Positions 15,088-32,596 of a stretch of 64,000 nucleotides of DNA are shown here, piece after piece (positions within the stretch are counted from its first letter, which is position 1; each line of letters opens with the position of its first letter). This DNA comes from the human T2T-CHM13v2.0 reference genome, Homo sapiens. The stretch lies in the NCBI RefSeq assembly GCF_009914755.1, contig NC_060929.1, one strand, 5' to 3'. Both the position numbers and the translations under genes were made by a program. Below the pieces are notes generated by a model, which worked only from the letters and a program-made list of their open reading frames with translations, was not told the DNA's origin and searched no databases.

Positions 15088-15559
15088 TGACCTTTTTAAA
15101 ATGTAGAAAATGATGGAAGAATATGTTAAAAAATTCATCAGCGTATAAACTCCAAAGAGTAAGAGTTCAACAACACCGACTTATTTTTCAATAAGCTCAA
15201 AGGTTTTAGGGGTTTTAATTATTTTAATTATTTTTAAAAATCTTATGCTGTAGTCTTTGTCGTCTCTTTGGAGGGACTCCATGCTTGTTCCTTGATGGCT
15301 TGAAGCATGTTGAGCCATAACCACCCAAGCAACTCAGAGTTTTAGTAGCTGAACAAGGTCACTCTTGGGTGCTAGAGGCAGAGAGGCAGCCAGTCCTGGC
15401 TTCCCAACTCCCAACACAAACCTAGTTTTCAGTGTACCAGCTATATGCACTCACTTCTTAATAAAATGTCACAGAGAAATCGTGAGGCAGAATTTAGCAA
15501 AATGTTTCTGCCCTGCAAGGCAGGATTTAGCAAAACATTTTTTGAGTTCCATCAGCCAG

Positions 15560-16060
15560 GCCTAAGTAAACAACTGGATTTGCAGGGAGATGGAAAAGTC
15601 AAAGACGATTCTGACATTTCATTCCTCGGTGTCTGGGAAATTTTAAGTCATATATACAGAAATGGAAACGTCTCCAGGTTTTGCTAGGTTGGGGGTTAAG
15701 GAGAAGATGATGAATCTTATTTTAATGGAGATGGCTAGGAAGCTAACCTGCAACCCTGGTACTCGGGGCTATAGATGTGGAGTTGGCAGTCCTAGTGGTG
15801 ACAGGTGAAGCCAGGAGCAGAAGAACATCTCTAAGGGGTGTGTGATGTGCATGTAGTGAAAGGACAGAGGGTCCAAGCCTGAGCCTGAAGGCATAGTCTC
15901 AGCCAGGGGGTGGGCAGTGGAAATAGGGCCAGTAAAGAGGACAGAAGAGCTGGGGGTGACCATGAGAGTGCAGTGTCACATGAACCAAGAACAAGAGGGG
16001 ATTGAGAAAGGCGGTGGCCAGCAGTGTTAGATGCTGTGGATATCAGAACTCGAGAGCGGA
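15560..16060 (-). mobile_element. L2 fragment
   Basis: Purine-rich L2-like text ('aaagtcaaagacgattctgacattt', 'gagagtgcagtgtcaca'); boundaries approximate. Confidence 0.5.
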
Positions 16061-16195
16061 CAACAGACTAGTAGATTTCACTCGCTCATTTGATTTTTAT
16101 TTGGCAAATGGGAGGACACGTTCTGGGGTGTGAGGAGGGGATGGTTAGTGCCTGTGATAGAAAAGAGAGATGAGGCTGGTGACTTAAGAGAGTCA

Positions 16196-16572
<377 letters not shown>

Positions 16573-17607
16573 AAAAAGTGGCTGACATAGCAAGAACCAA
16601 AGATGCTAGAGACAAGATGATAATTCACAGGGCATGTGAGGGACAGTAACCAATAATATAAAGAGAATATGAATCGAGAGATTTTTGAGATGGATTGAGC
16701 GGATAGATAGAATATTTTAGTCTGAGAGGATAAGGGATGAGGGAATTTGAACTGGATTCACTGTTTTTGGAGCAGAACTTGAAGGGGACTGTCTTCTTTC
16801 CAGTACGGGCACAGTGGAGGCTGAAGAGCATGCAGGTCTGCAATGGCTGCTGCACTAGCAGCGGGGGGACCCCAGAGGTGGCTGAGCAGGAGGCAGGCTC
16901 TGATGTGGGGTGGGTTCAGTGATCCCATCCATGAAATGGGACTCCCCCTCCTGCCTGCCTCAGAGGGGGTGGTAGGAAGATCTGATGAGAACAGTGCTTT
17001 TCAAGTCAAGCTTCTACCCTTGGCATCTTAAACCAAGTATAAACATTAACTATGTAGAAAAATAAAAGATTTTTTAAAAAATGAAAGCTTCTGTAGATTT
17101 GAACTAGAACTTCCATGGGTTTCTGGGAGTTAAGAGCCTAAAGGCATGGGCAGGCGGAGTGACTGGCCCTAATTCAGACTGAGAATGGGCTCAATCCTCC
17201 GCCCTGACCCTAACCATGAACTGCCTCCCCTCTCAAGCTGGCTGCACAGTCATCTGGTTACACGGCCAGCAGCTTAGGACTGAAAGTCATGGAACTGCAA
17301 AAGTTGGGTTTGGGTGACTTGGGGGAAAGTGAGCCGTGTGGGGGTCATTAAGCTGTTGGAATGAGGCCTTTTTGGACCTCATCAACCTTCTCTGAAATTC
17401 CCCTTGTGGACTTGGGGCTCAGCAAGCCCTCCTGCCTCCAAAGTTCCAGGCCAGATCGCCTTTCCAGACTCAGGCAAGTAGCAGTTGGGCTACCAGCCTT
17501 GGCAGAAGAGATGGGTGAATTCATGGCTTTTTAGGTGGGAGGGTGGCCCTGTGAGAAGCGGGCCCTGGTCCATGAAGGGACTCCTTTGCTGCACTTAGCC
17601 ACACTGA

Positions 17608-19030
<1,423 letters not shown>

Positions 19031-19159
19031 GTGAAAGCACTGGTCATTTTGAATAAGAGATGGTTACCCACTGATTTCTTTTGGATTCTGGGCATATATA
19101 TGACTTTTGGGAAGTAGAACCCTATTATCCTCAGATGTATTCTTTCTTCACTCCGTTAG

Positions 19160-19324
19160 GTTATAAATATAATCAATGCAGCCCAAGAAAACAGCCCAGT
19201 CACAGTAGCGGAAGCCTTGGACAGAGTTCTAGAGATTTTACGGACCACAGAACTGTACTCCCCTCAGCTGGGTACCAAAGATGAAGATCCCCACACCAGT
19301 GATCTTGTTGGAGGCCTGATGACT
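19160..19324 (+). CDS. PDE8B: PDE8B exon (~14), VINIINAAQENSP...LVGGLMT
   Basis: gttag|GTT...ACT|gtgag, 165 nt, phase 0-0. Confidence 0.95.
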
Positions 19325-20333
19325 GTGAGTGATGAGGCAAAACCTGAAAAGCAAGAGAGGTATCCGGGGCCTCTAGAGTGCAGCTGATGTGGAAACTGTT
19401 ACCTGTGGTTGCAGAAGTACCTGTTATATAGACTAACGTTAGCATAACCAGAAGCAACTGCGTCAGAATTTATGTATAACATGTGCAGTGGTATTTGAGT
19501 GACTCTTGCATTTGTCTTTCCATGAGGCTGGCCTACCATAGCCATGGGGACAGTGTTTCAGAATTCCTATGACTGCAGGGAGTCATTGGGCAACTGATGG
19601 AGGGCTCAATGTGCAAGATGGGGCTTTGCAGGCTCTTGATTATTCCTGCTTTCCCTTGATCTGGTATAGTATTGGATTTCATTTCCATGGACCTCAGATT
19701 CCTCATGTAATGAAAGGGTTTATTGTTAGACTATAGCATTTAATCTTAACTATAGAATCCTTTATTTAAAGTTTGTATAGAAGTTCCATTTATAAGGTAA
19801 AAGCAGACTGGGGCTGTTCTGGCTCAGGGAGGGGAAGGGGAGAAGGAACCTCTCACTGCCACATTCCAAAAAGAACCATTTACACCACCAAGAGTAGCTG
19901 GTTTCTAGGGACTCAACCTATTCTGGTGTTTTGCTGTGATCTATTTGGCTTTCATAATTATCTATCAGCAAGTAAAGAAAAGGAAAAAAATTCAAATTGT
20001 TTATTTGAGTTCCCCATCAGAGTCTGAAGCTGGAATTCTTTAGAAAAAAAGTCCAGAAGTCATGTATGAGTTTGACTTTGAAGGTTTCTGTCCAGCCCTG
20101 CAGCCAAATGCTGAATGTTGACTGCCTTTCCCCTCCATTCTCCACCTGGAACTTGAGGGCCTTCTTGTTTCTTTCTTGCCCCTGGGCTGGCCTGTTAACT
20201 CCATCTAATGCAGTGCAGACCTCAGCTTCTAGGCAGCACTGCCAAGGGCTCTGCAAGAAGGTGGCCACCGCAGAGCTGCAGTGGGAGGGGTCTGGTTCTG
20301 GGAGCAAGCCATGTTCCCTCCCTCCCCTGCTGC

Positions 20334-20788
20334 TGATGCAGGACAGGCAAGTCCCCAAACTGGGGCTCAGCCCGGGAGGGTTCTTGGCCTCGCCCAGGAA
20401 ATAATTCAAGGGCAAGCTGGTGGTGTTAAACAGCAACTTCTATTGAAGCAGCAGTTGTACTGCAGTGGCAGAGGGACTGCTGCTTGCAGAGCGGGGCTAC
20501 CCCATGGGCAGTGTGCCCCTGGTAGCAGCTCAGAGGCAGCACTGCACTCATCTTTATACCTACTTTTCATTACATGCAAATGAAGGGGCAGTTTTTGCAG
20601 ATATTTCTAGAATGAGGGTGGTAACTTCTGGGTTGTTACCATGGAAAGGGTGGAAAGGTCTGGATGTTGTCATGGCAACGGTAAACTGCCGTGGCATGCT
20701 GGTGGGCATAGCTTATGGGGAGGTGCTTCTGCCCTGTTCTACCTAGTCCTCAATTTGGCCCCATGTCCGAGTCCCTTCTCCTACCTCA
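20334..20788 (-). mobile_element. Solo ERV1-class LTR (MER66-like)
   Basis: TG...CA termini, perfect 4-bp TSD CTGC at 20330-20333 and 20789-20792; minus strand starts TGAGGTAGGAG. Confidence 0.8.
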
Positions 20789-21097
20789 CTGCCATACCAT
20801 CGTGGGTTTCCTCTCCAGAGAATGCTGTGAGGAACCAGTGAGTGATTCCACCTCAATTTTATGTGGTTTTGGGGAAGCGGAGCGAGAGAAGAGCAAGTAA
20901 AACCAAGAATCTCTTGCCATACACACGTTACAGGCAGGACAATTGTGGCTGTTGTTGTTACTTCTGTATTTACTCAGTTTTTAAAATTAAGCTCTTGGCC
21001 TAAAGATCCAACATGTAACTTCAGGGGAGTCCTTCATTAATTAATACTACTTTAAACCTTAGCACACATCGTCTGGGAATGACAAATAAGCATTTCT

Positions 21098-21202
21098 TTT
21101 TTTTTAAATTTAATTTTATTATTATTATACTTTAAGTTTTAGGGTACATGTGCACAACGTGCAGGTTTGTTACATATGTATACATGTGCCATGTTGGTGT
21201 GC
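21098..21202 (-). mobile_element. Very short 5'-truncated primate L1PA 3' end
   Basis: 'tatactttaagttttagggtacatgtgcacaacgtgcaggtttgttac'; TSD gcatttct at 21090-21097 and 21201-21208. Confidence 0.9.
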
Positions 21203-21945
21203 ATTTCTAAATGACTTTTAAGCAAAGATCTAGATGATTGAGGTACTCAGAGATCAAAGGTGGAGGGAAGGAAACTGAGATTCAGGAACACTTGGGGACT
21301 AGTTCAAGAGCCAGGATATGGCCAAGCATTGGAATTTCGTCCACTCTCTTAACGCTGCATCTCCAAGGACCTCAAGCCCAGAAACTCTTCTTTAAAAGGC
21401 AAGCAGCAATGCTCATGTTTCAAAACATAAAATACAGTTGGGGAAAAATTAGTTGGGATATTAGTCAAAAAATAGCTCAATCTTTTTAAAACTTTATATT
21501 AGAAGGTAATCCCCTAAATATGGCTGATGGCTTCAACTCTTCAAAATGTAAGTCAAAAACACAATTAACACAGTCCCTCTGAGGGTGAGGGGGATCCCGT
21601 CAAGATCTGAAGCAAGGTCACTCCTGTGATTTCACCTGTGTAGCTTGAAAATGCCAGGAGAGGAAGATGGCCTCAGAACAGAGCCAACCCACAGCTCACT
21701 GTGAGTCCTGACACAGTCACATCCACTCTATCCCAGTTCTCCACGTTCTGGGGCTAATAGTTACAGAAGGGAGAGTATCATCTGTCTTATAACTGTTGTG
21801 ATTTAATTTTGAGCTTTGCTTCAACTTAGACTTCCAGATTGGTTGGGTTATTCAGGATTCAAATCTCTTTCACTAATAATAAAAAAAAAAAGAGAATGAT
21901 AATAGATATAAAGCATGCTTCTAACAGGCTCTTCCTTTATTCCAG

Positions 21946-21991
21946 GACGGCTTGAGAAGACTGTCAGGAAACGAGTATGTGTTTACTAAGA
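21946..21991 (+). CDS. PDE8B: PDE8B exon (~15), DGLRRLSGNEYVFTK
   Basis: tccag|GAC...AAGA|gtaag, 46 nt. Confidence 0.94.
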
Positions 21992-22369
21992 GTAAGTTTT
22001 CATCTATTTACTTGTTAGTGTAACCTGTCTCCAGCCTGTGCTGTCCCCGCTGTTGCGATTATTGTTCTGGGAGGTGTTACTTCCAGCTAGTCCCATTTGA
22101 GTTTAAGCATCAATATGGTCTACATTTAAAACTAGTCTCCTAATTAAAATTACTTCTCTGAGCACAGTTAGAGTAAGAATTGCAAATCTCTATACATTTA
22201 AACAGAGTTAAAGTGAATTATTTTTCTATTTGAGGGTCTTGAAGTTCAATAACAGAAAAATCAGGTACAAGACTTTTTTTCTAGTAGTAACTATGAAGAT
22301 GATGACAGACACCCGGGCACTCAAGATTCCACAATTAACCAGCCTCCCCCATCCCATCTGTTTGCTCAG

Positions 22370-22505
22370 ATGTGCACCAGAGTCACAGTCACCTTGCAAT
22401 GCCAATAACCATCAATGATGTTCCCCCTTGTATCTCTCAATTACTTGATAATGAGGAGAGTTGGGACTTCAACATCTTTGAATTGGAAGCCATTACGCAT
22501 AAAAG
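22370..22505 (+). CDS. PDE8B: PDE8B exon (~16), NVHQSHSHL...[15 protein letters not shown]
   Basis: ctcag|AT...AAAAG|gtatg, 136 nt; start of the PDE catalytic domain. Confidence 0.96.
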
Positions 22506-23379
22506 GTATGTGACTTCTCTGGCTGAAGGCAGAGCAGGATTGATGGCCATGCTCAAACTCTCACATTTGGAAACTTTGAGGGAGACATGTTTTTGCTGTG
22601 AGAGACCTCACGGGTTCTGGCTCTCATGCCATGTTAGAGTAGTGTTGAATGAGCAGAGAGACTATGGCCCCTGAGTGAGATCCTTTGTGGAGAGTATTAG
22701 TAAGATGTGGGATCTGCCTGGGTATCCACAGCTCCCTCCTTTGTGCTAGTGAGCCAAGAGTTCTAAGAATCCTCAAACTTGTCGAAGCTCTACCCTACAG
22801 AATGGAATTGAGAGCACTATAGATTTTTTTTTTTTTCTGATCCATCCTGTAGGCAGAGGAAAGATTAGATAACTGAAAGGTCTTTTTCTATACTAGGAGA
22901 AGGCTGTTTCTTCCCAGAGGTGTTGGTCTGTTGGATATGAAAGATTCTCACCTGTAACGTAACTAAGTAACAGGACTCTAAATGATAGGACTTTGGGACC
23001 ATCCAAGCTGTTTTTTTTTGTCCTTAGGCTTAGTCACTTCCTTAGGGAACATAAATAAAGTGCAAGGTTAATGTGGAAGTGGGGATGGAGAGGGACTGCC
23101 AGGCTCATTTCTAGGTTGTCAGAGCCACTGAGGGGCCTATGATTTAGAGTTCATCTAGAAATAATTTGGATGTACTACCATGAAGCATCTAGTTCCAAAG
23201 AGGTGACTGGTGAGAAGGAGAGATCCTACCTCCTAATTTTTAGAGGAGATGCTTTTAAACCCCTGTGTGTGTGAAGCTATCATCAGAAGAAAAATGCTTC
23301 CATGCCCCACTATCATCAAAGAAAACAGTTTCTGGGCCAGTGAATACAATGAGCCAGGGTGGGTTTTCCTATTTTTCAG

Positions 23380-23578
23380 GCCATTGGTTTATCTGGGCTT
23401 AAAGGTCTTCTCTCGGTTTGGAGTATGTGAGTTTTTAAACTGTTCTGAAACCACTCTTCGGGCCTGGTTCCAAGTGATCGAAGCCAACTACCACTCTTCC
23501 AATGCCTACCACAACTCCACCCATGCTGCCGACGTCCTGCACGCCACCGCTTTCTTTCTTGGAAAGGAAAGAGTAAAG
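23380..23578 (+). CDS. PDE8B: PDE8B exon (~17) with the [10 protein letters not shown] metal-binding motif
   Basis: ttcag|G...AAG|gtagg, 199 nt. Confidence 0.97.
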
Positions 23579-24638
23579 GTAGGATTTTGATATCATGACC
23601 TAGTTACCTGCCTGGATTGGAGATCCAAGAACTTAATCTTAGTAAATACATTAGGCAAACAGCTATTTTGCAACCAAGTTGACAGCTTTTTTTAAAAAAA
23701 ATTTTGTTACCGGATTGACTAGTCACTTTGGTGTTGTAAAGACATGGACCTTTCTGCCAGCCCTCCCCTCCTCCAAATACTTAAAATAATTATATCACCA
23801 TAGAGACTCCTTTATATGCATGGCAGATCATGAACCCATTTTCCAAATGTTAGCTAGGAGCTGTGTTACGGGGTTGCAGGACAGAACTTAATTATTACAG
23901 CAAATGGTTACTAGATCTATAGGTTAAATTTTAGTATCAGGATTTGGCCATTGGTAGATTACAGTCCAGATATTAATAATAGCCATTCCGCATTCTACAC
24001 TGTTTTACATATATTTATGTTTGTGTTTTGTGTAGGTATGAACGTGCCTATCTTTATATTAATGACTTTTGCATAATTCTGAAAGAGTTCCATATCCCTT
24101 AGTCTTACAGTTCAATACTGTCATGTACCACTGCTGATTTGTAGGGCAGCCCTAGGAACCCCTTGCCCTTTACATAAGGGCAGCCCTATTTAAAGCTGGC
24201 AAGAGATCCCCATCTCTCCTCCTCCCCAGCTACCATCACTTGCACACCAAAGCTTATACATTCTTTTGCTACAACTAGAACTAAAACTTAAATTTTAAAT
24301 ACCCCTGGGAGAAGTGCCATATGGGGATTGAAATTCACATCTATCTGTAAATGCCTGACATTAGATCATTTTCTTAGAACCAGGTATTGAGGGATTAAGG
24401 TCCTAGGTACTTAAGAGCTATAGTGAGACAGGTAGAAGCAGAAATGGCAGGAAAACAGTAAGGGGGTATGTGGGTAAGGTTTTCTTCTCAGTTTTGCCAA
24501 CAGCATCCTGATATTTATTCACTTTCATCAGCAAGGAAACAATGTGGCCCAAGAATGATGCTTTTGAATAATTTTGTCTTCTACTTTTAGAAAACTAATA
24601 GTGATATCAACCTATGTTTCTATAACACCTTTCTTTGA

Positions 24639-24998
<360 letters not shown>

Positions 24999-25599
24999 TA
25001 TGCTCCTTTCTTTTATACCACATGATGTTTCACAGCTGAAGCCACATGCTACCAGTTGAGAACAGCACCCAATTCATTAATGCCAAGACCAAGGTGATCA
25101 ATAGCCTCTGCAGTCTTGAGTTAGAGGTGAACCTCACTCAAGCGGAACCACTCTAGGAAAACATTGATTAAATTTTTGATAAATTAGGGAATGCTTAGTA
25201 ACTTGATCATATCTTACTATCCTCCTCCAAAATATATTTCTTTAAATTGTGAGTTCTGCTAGTGTATTTGGAGTCTGATTAGATTTCTCAAATGACAGCA
25301 ATAGAAACAAGTTTAAGATTGGACAGAATATGTTTACAATTCAAAAAACATTTTCTCATGCTGGCAGCCCCTGCCAGAGAACCAGAAAACTTAGAGCTGC
25401 GAGGAAGCTTGGAGAACTGAGCTGGAAGGGGTTTCTGGGCTCAGAGGTTTGGTTACCTGCCTGTGATCACTGGTGGGTCCATCATGAGGTGCTTCCAGAA
25501 AGATTTACTCCTGAGGCCTCTTCTACCAGATCTGCTGGCACTGACAAAGAGGGTCAGGAAGTATTTTCTTACTTCTCTTGTGTCATCTGTCACCCCTAA

Positions 25600-25927
<328 letters not shown>

Positions 25928-27355
25928 AGGCTAAAATTCTTAATGTCACTATGACAAAGCATGCCCAACCCAGCTGTAGAGCTAGCATGCCCAGAGCTAA
26001 CAGCCCCTTCAGTTGGTGACAGACCCCATCCTCTCCCCATGTTACCCAATTCCAGGGAACTAGTGCAAGTGGAGAAGCCAGGATAACAAGCATTCCTTTA
26101 TTAGTATCTGGGCATACATGAATATTTATCCTGAATAAGAAACTATTTGAAAGACAGATCTAGAATGAAACCCTTTCCTCAGTGTGATCCAGATCTACTC
26201 CTACTGGTTAAAGAGGGAAAAAACTATGCAGAGGTAACTGCACCTCCACGGGACTGGAATTTCGCCAGTTGCGGGTTTGGTGGGGTTTTCTTCCATGGAC
26301 ATTTCCTCCTCGACGTAGGGCCTTGCTACTCTCCTCTGCTAGTGAGCTAGCCTGTCTTCCTTCCCTACCTCCCAGCCATTTCTGGTCTGACAAGGCCTTG
26401 TTGGTGCCCACCTAAACTGCAGGACCCATTATTGGTATCTTTGTAAGTCACTGAGGGCATGGTTTAAATCAGTGTTAGCTGGAAGGAAAGGCATGTTTCA
26501 TCTAGTGCTATTTATGTTTTCTACCCCAGTTACTTGAATCTATTTCATTGAAGAATTAAAAAATAAACAGGCCTGAGACTCCAAGCAGGATTGAACATAC
26601 CACAGCGGCACTAGCTGGAGGCCCAGAGTTTGGGCCCCGTGGGTTCTCACTGCTCAGGTACAGTCAGTGAAGGTGGAGCCCAGGTTGGGGCTGTCCTGGG
26701 TCCTGAGCTTGGAGATCGCTGAACGTGCCTGCAGGTGACCGTGGCCTCTCCTGACCAGCAGTGAAATGGGCCAAATGATGCTTGCTTGCCCTGGGCACTG
26801 CAGAATCAATCTCTGAGAACAGCTGAGAAGAGTAACTTCTGCTGTCCCTATTCAGGAAGCCTAGTTGTGTTGATTGGGGTCACCCCAGGGTTGCTCACCA
26901 GCTCCATGGGGTCAGCGTTGGGAATGGAAATGACTCCCTTCTGGTGGAGACAGAGCTTTCAGGGAAGCCTGCTAAACCAGCACAAGCAAGTGCAGCCCCT
27001 TGGCCATCAGGGTGCCGTCGCAGGACAGGGCTGAGCTACAGGTTCACCTTCCTCACCTGAGTAGCAGCTCTTCCTCCTGCAGGCCTAGGAGAGCAAATTC
27101 TGGGAATACCAAAAATGATGACCTCCCCACCCCCAACATCTTGGGGACCACTTTCCCTCTCACTATCCCTTCAGCCACAGTGATGTCGCTTACGTTTCCT
27201 GAACAGACCTTTTTTGTTTGACTTCAGGAACGTCATGCAGGCTGTTCTTTCTGCCTGGAATTGCCCTCTTGCTGCTTGTTGCCTGGACAATTCCTGCTTC
27301 TCCTTCAGGCTCAGCAGAAAAATCACTTCCTTGGAAGTGACCACCCTCGAAATCC

Positions 27356-27539
27356 ATGTTATCCGATATGGTAGCCATCAGCCTCGCATGGCTACTAAAT
27401 AAAATTTAAAATGCAGTTCGTCAGTTGCACTGGCTACCTTTCAAGTGTCCAGTAGCTGCATGCAACTAGGAGTTACTTTATCAGATAGCACAAATAGAAC
27501 GCATTCCTGTCATGGCAAAAAATACATTGGACAGTGCTG
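27356..27539 (-). mobile_element. MER3-like hAT-Charlie MITE inside an L2 fragment (~27230-27765)
   Basis: Ends in 'attggacagtgctg'; internal 'atatggtagcca', 'cagttgcactggctac...ttcaagtg'. Confidence 0.7.
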
Positions 27540-28269
27540 CCCTAAACTAGACCAGGTCCCATGGTTATACTCCCAAAGCATCTGTACTTTCCTTCTTAGC
27601 ACGTCTCACAGCAAGTTACTTCCGTTTGTGTTTTTAAATGTATTTGTCTCTCTCCCTCTACATTACAAACTCCATTGTGCAGACTGTGCCAGTGTAAATC
27701 ATCATGGCAGCTCTGGCACTATGCAGTGATAATTGGTACCTGGTAGGCACTCAATAAATAATAAATTCCTAGCACAACATCTCTTATATAACAGTAGCCC
27801 ATCTGATAACTCCTAAAGCTGCAGGCTCAGAAAACACTTGTATCCCCGGATGCTCTGGTTTGTTTCTTTAATTACATAATGAGAGCTTTCGAATTAGGGT
27901 TTCCCTTTTTGCCTTTGCTGCCTGCTAGCCCAGAGCTGAATTTTGTTCTTATTTGCAAGAACCCCTTTAGCCTTAATTTTCCTGGCAAAGTTATTCTTTC
28001 CCTTGGTCTTCTTTTACTGCTTGGTCCTCTTTTACCTGGTACTCTTTTACTCTTCTACAGCTCTAGTCATTTCACCATTGTATGAATAGTTTTGTTGTAT
28101 CTGAGCCATTTGCTACCAGCACACTCAAAATCTTTTCAGAGCTAGGCAAATTGGTAATAGTTGTGATCACAGGCCACTTTCTGCTGTGGCAGAAATACCA
28201 TACAGTGGGCAATTCAAAAGGCTTGTTTGGCCTCTTCCTGCAGCTGATGGCCCCTGGAGAATGAATTAA

Positions 28270-28749
<480 letters not shown>

Positions 28750-29988
28750 TGAAGTTTAAGTGGTTTTCCCAAATACTTAGCTTCCTCTTAGGGGAAAGGG
28801 AAAATATTAGCTGTCCCACTGTACCAGATGATAAAATAACCTTGCCCTTAACTTAATTTGACTTTTCAGACTGCCTTTATGTTTTGAAATCTCATTTGGT
28901 CTTCAGTGAGTTCATAAAAATGTTTTATACACTGCAGAACACTACATAAATATTGATTGTACTATTACTAAGTACACCAGATATTTTTACCCTCCTACGA
29001 GGACATCCTGTCTTTTGTGTAACTCGAGGAAAATGTATCCACCCCCATTTTTCCCTAGCTCAATTTCCGGCCGCTTAAAATACTCCCTCATGAGTAGGTC
29101 CCACAGAGCGGGAGCACGAAGGGTGGGGCAGGTTACCCCAGCCCCGCATTCTCTGATGAGAGTGGGTTAGATGTGAGCAGGTCCTCTTGCCTCCCAGCAC
29201 CTTGCAGTCAGGCTTGTGGGTATTTCCCACACAGCACCAGCCAGGCTGGTGCACAGATGCCTGGGAAGGGGGCAGTGTACAGAGAACATGGAGCTCACTC
29301 GGGCCTCAGGAATGCTGGTCTATGTGAACCTATTGGTTTGGTCTCCAGAAAACTGGGAAAACATGGAGATGAGTTATTCCAGCTTTGGCTTCAGCTTCAT
29401 CAGTATCGAGGATGGGTTTTTAAACTTTTGCAGAAAAAATTCTTTCCAGTAGCCAATTTTATTCAAGAGCCATTCTGGCTCTTGAAGTTAGAAAACGACG
29501 ACAGAATTGGATGGTTAATTTGGGGCAGGGTTGTTGCTTCATTCATTACAATTTCTATCTGCTGCAGTCTAGAGAATTACTTATTAACAGGAAAGTCTTC
29601 CAATGCCATCATTGAAAGAGGCTGTGGCCATCCTGTGCAATGGGAATCCCTGTGTTTGCACAGAGTGCAGTGGGCCAGCTTATGTGGCTGCCGTGCCAGC
29701 CTGCCATTTCCTGCCACCTTACTGTTTTGATGTTCTCAAGGGAAGGGAGAGGGGAATCACCTTGTCAGATAAACGTCCACCATGTGACAGGTACCTTCTC
29801 TCTTTTTTAAAATACTCATAAATCACATAAGGGTCAGCTATCACTGGGGAAAATGGAATAGCATCTGCAAGTCTTGCTTACTGGGAGGACGAGCTCTTCT
29901 TGTGATCTGCACACATTTCTTAACTCTGTGCCCCAGCTTCCTCCTAGGTTGTGAGGAGTGTAGTGAAATGGTGGCAGAATAGTTATAA

Positions 29989-30222
<234 letters not shown>

Positions 30223-30369
30223 TGAAGCATTTTCTCTCCCACTCAAATGTAAGGTGGTTATTTACTTGGAGTTGATAAAGGGCTGAAAGGACTGGCCACT
30301 TGTTTTCCTTGGGGATGAAAATAAACTGTGTCCACAGCAACTCTGAGCTCCTTGAAAGAAAGGCCCTGA

Positions 30370-31264
<895 letters not shown>

Positions 31265-32428
31265 TCACCTATTTAAGCTCCTTCCCCCAGGGATTCCACA
31301 GCACAACACCAGAGCCCTCTCCTTCCACAGAAGACTTACAGGAGCAAGGATCTGGGGATTTAGAGAAGGAAAAGTATAGAGATTCATAGAACTAGGAAGG
31401 TCATCCACTCATGTAAGCCCCCACCTCTGCACTGCAACTTACTATTAACTGCAGTATTTATAGTAAACAGTATTACTTTGATAAGTAATCAAAAACCTCC
31501 AGAACATATTCTGCCCATTGATAGTCTAATAAATAGGTCCAGTCTTAAACCCCCCAAATGTCATGCAGCCTTTTGGCTTGGCAGAGCTCTGGAGACCTAA
31601 TTGTTTTTACACAATCAATTTGATGGTGTCTTTAAAAGTGGAGAATAACAATCTTTCAGGTTCTATGTAAATGGCCTGTGATGTGTGTACCAACTTGTGT
31701 CCTGGCCACATGGCTCAGGACACTGACATCACCACTAGGTGTGGACCAGTCTTTCTAAACATGGCTGAACACACCTGCTCCTGACTACTTCCTACTCCAA
31801 GGACCCCACGCCTACCTGGCTCACTTACCAGCCAGTCAGAAGAACAGCCAAGAAAACATGAGTGGACACATGCCTTAGGAGAACCAAAGTGCGAGAGAGT
31901 TGGGTGAGTTGGGGGTGGGACAGGTCATAGGAGGGAGGGAGATGGTAGGCATAAGTAGTAGAAATCAAGAAATAATTGAAGGGTTACATGTATGTGCCAC
32001 TGCCCTACCTGAAATGCATTAAAGTAGCTAAAAGCTCTGCTTTTACACATTTTTTTAAAAAAACTGGGAGAAATTTCCTCTAAGATTACATATCAAATTG
32101 CTCAAAATAAAAACAAAACTGCTGTAGCAGTTACCTCTAGGGAAGAAAATGGATGTGAGGGGTAGACAGGTGGTGACAGGGACTTTCAACTTTCAAACTC
32201 TGTGTGTGTGTGTATTGCTGAGTGTCTTTTAAGACTGTATCAGTATATTCTTTTTTTAAAGAATGTGTCAGTATATTATATATGGAATTTAAAAAAGGAA
32301 AAGCTGCCTTCGCCGAGTCCCAGTCCTACCTGTGTGCTCGGTGATCACCATCGAATGCCTGGCGAATTAACCCTTGTGGGCTTCACCGTCATCTTGAACC
32401 AAGCCTGATCTGACCATCTGTTTTCCAG

Positions 32429-32596
32429 ATTGAAGGCAGCGACTGTGAATGCAACCCTGCTGGGAAGAACTTCCCTGAAAACCAAATCCTGATCAAACGC
32501 ATGATGATTAAGTGTGCTGACGTGGCCAACCCATGCCGCCCCTTGGACCTGTGCATTGAATGGGCTGGGAGGATCTCTGAGGAGTATTTTGCACAG
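32429..32596 (+). CDS. PDE8B: PDE8B exon (~20), IEGSDC...[11 protein letters not shown]...EEYFAQ
   Basis: ttccag|ATT...CAG|gtgcg, 168 nt, phase 0-0. Confidence 0.96.

Noticed and set aside
29173-29730. Longest ORF in the track (185 aa)
   Set aside because: Intronic, non-ATG start, no recognisable domain or splice context; within chance expectation
31901-31945. G-rich potential quadruplex
   Set aside because: Needs a long loop; such tracts are common in introns
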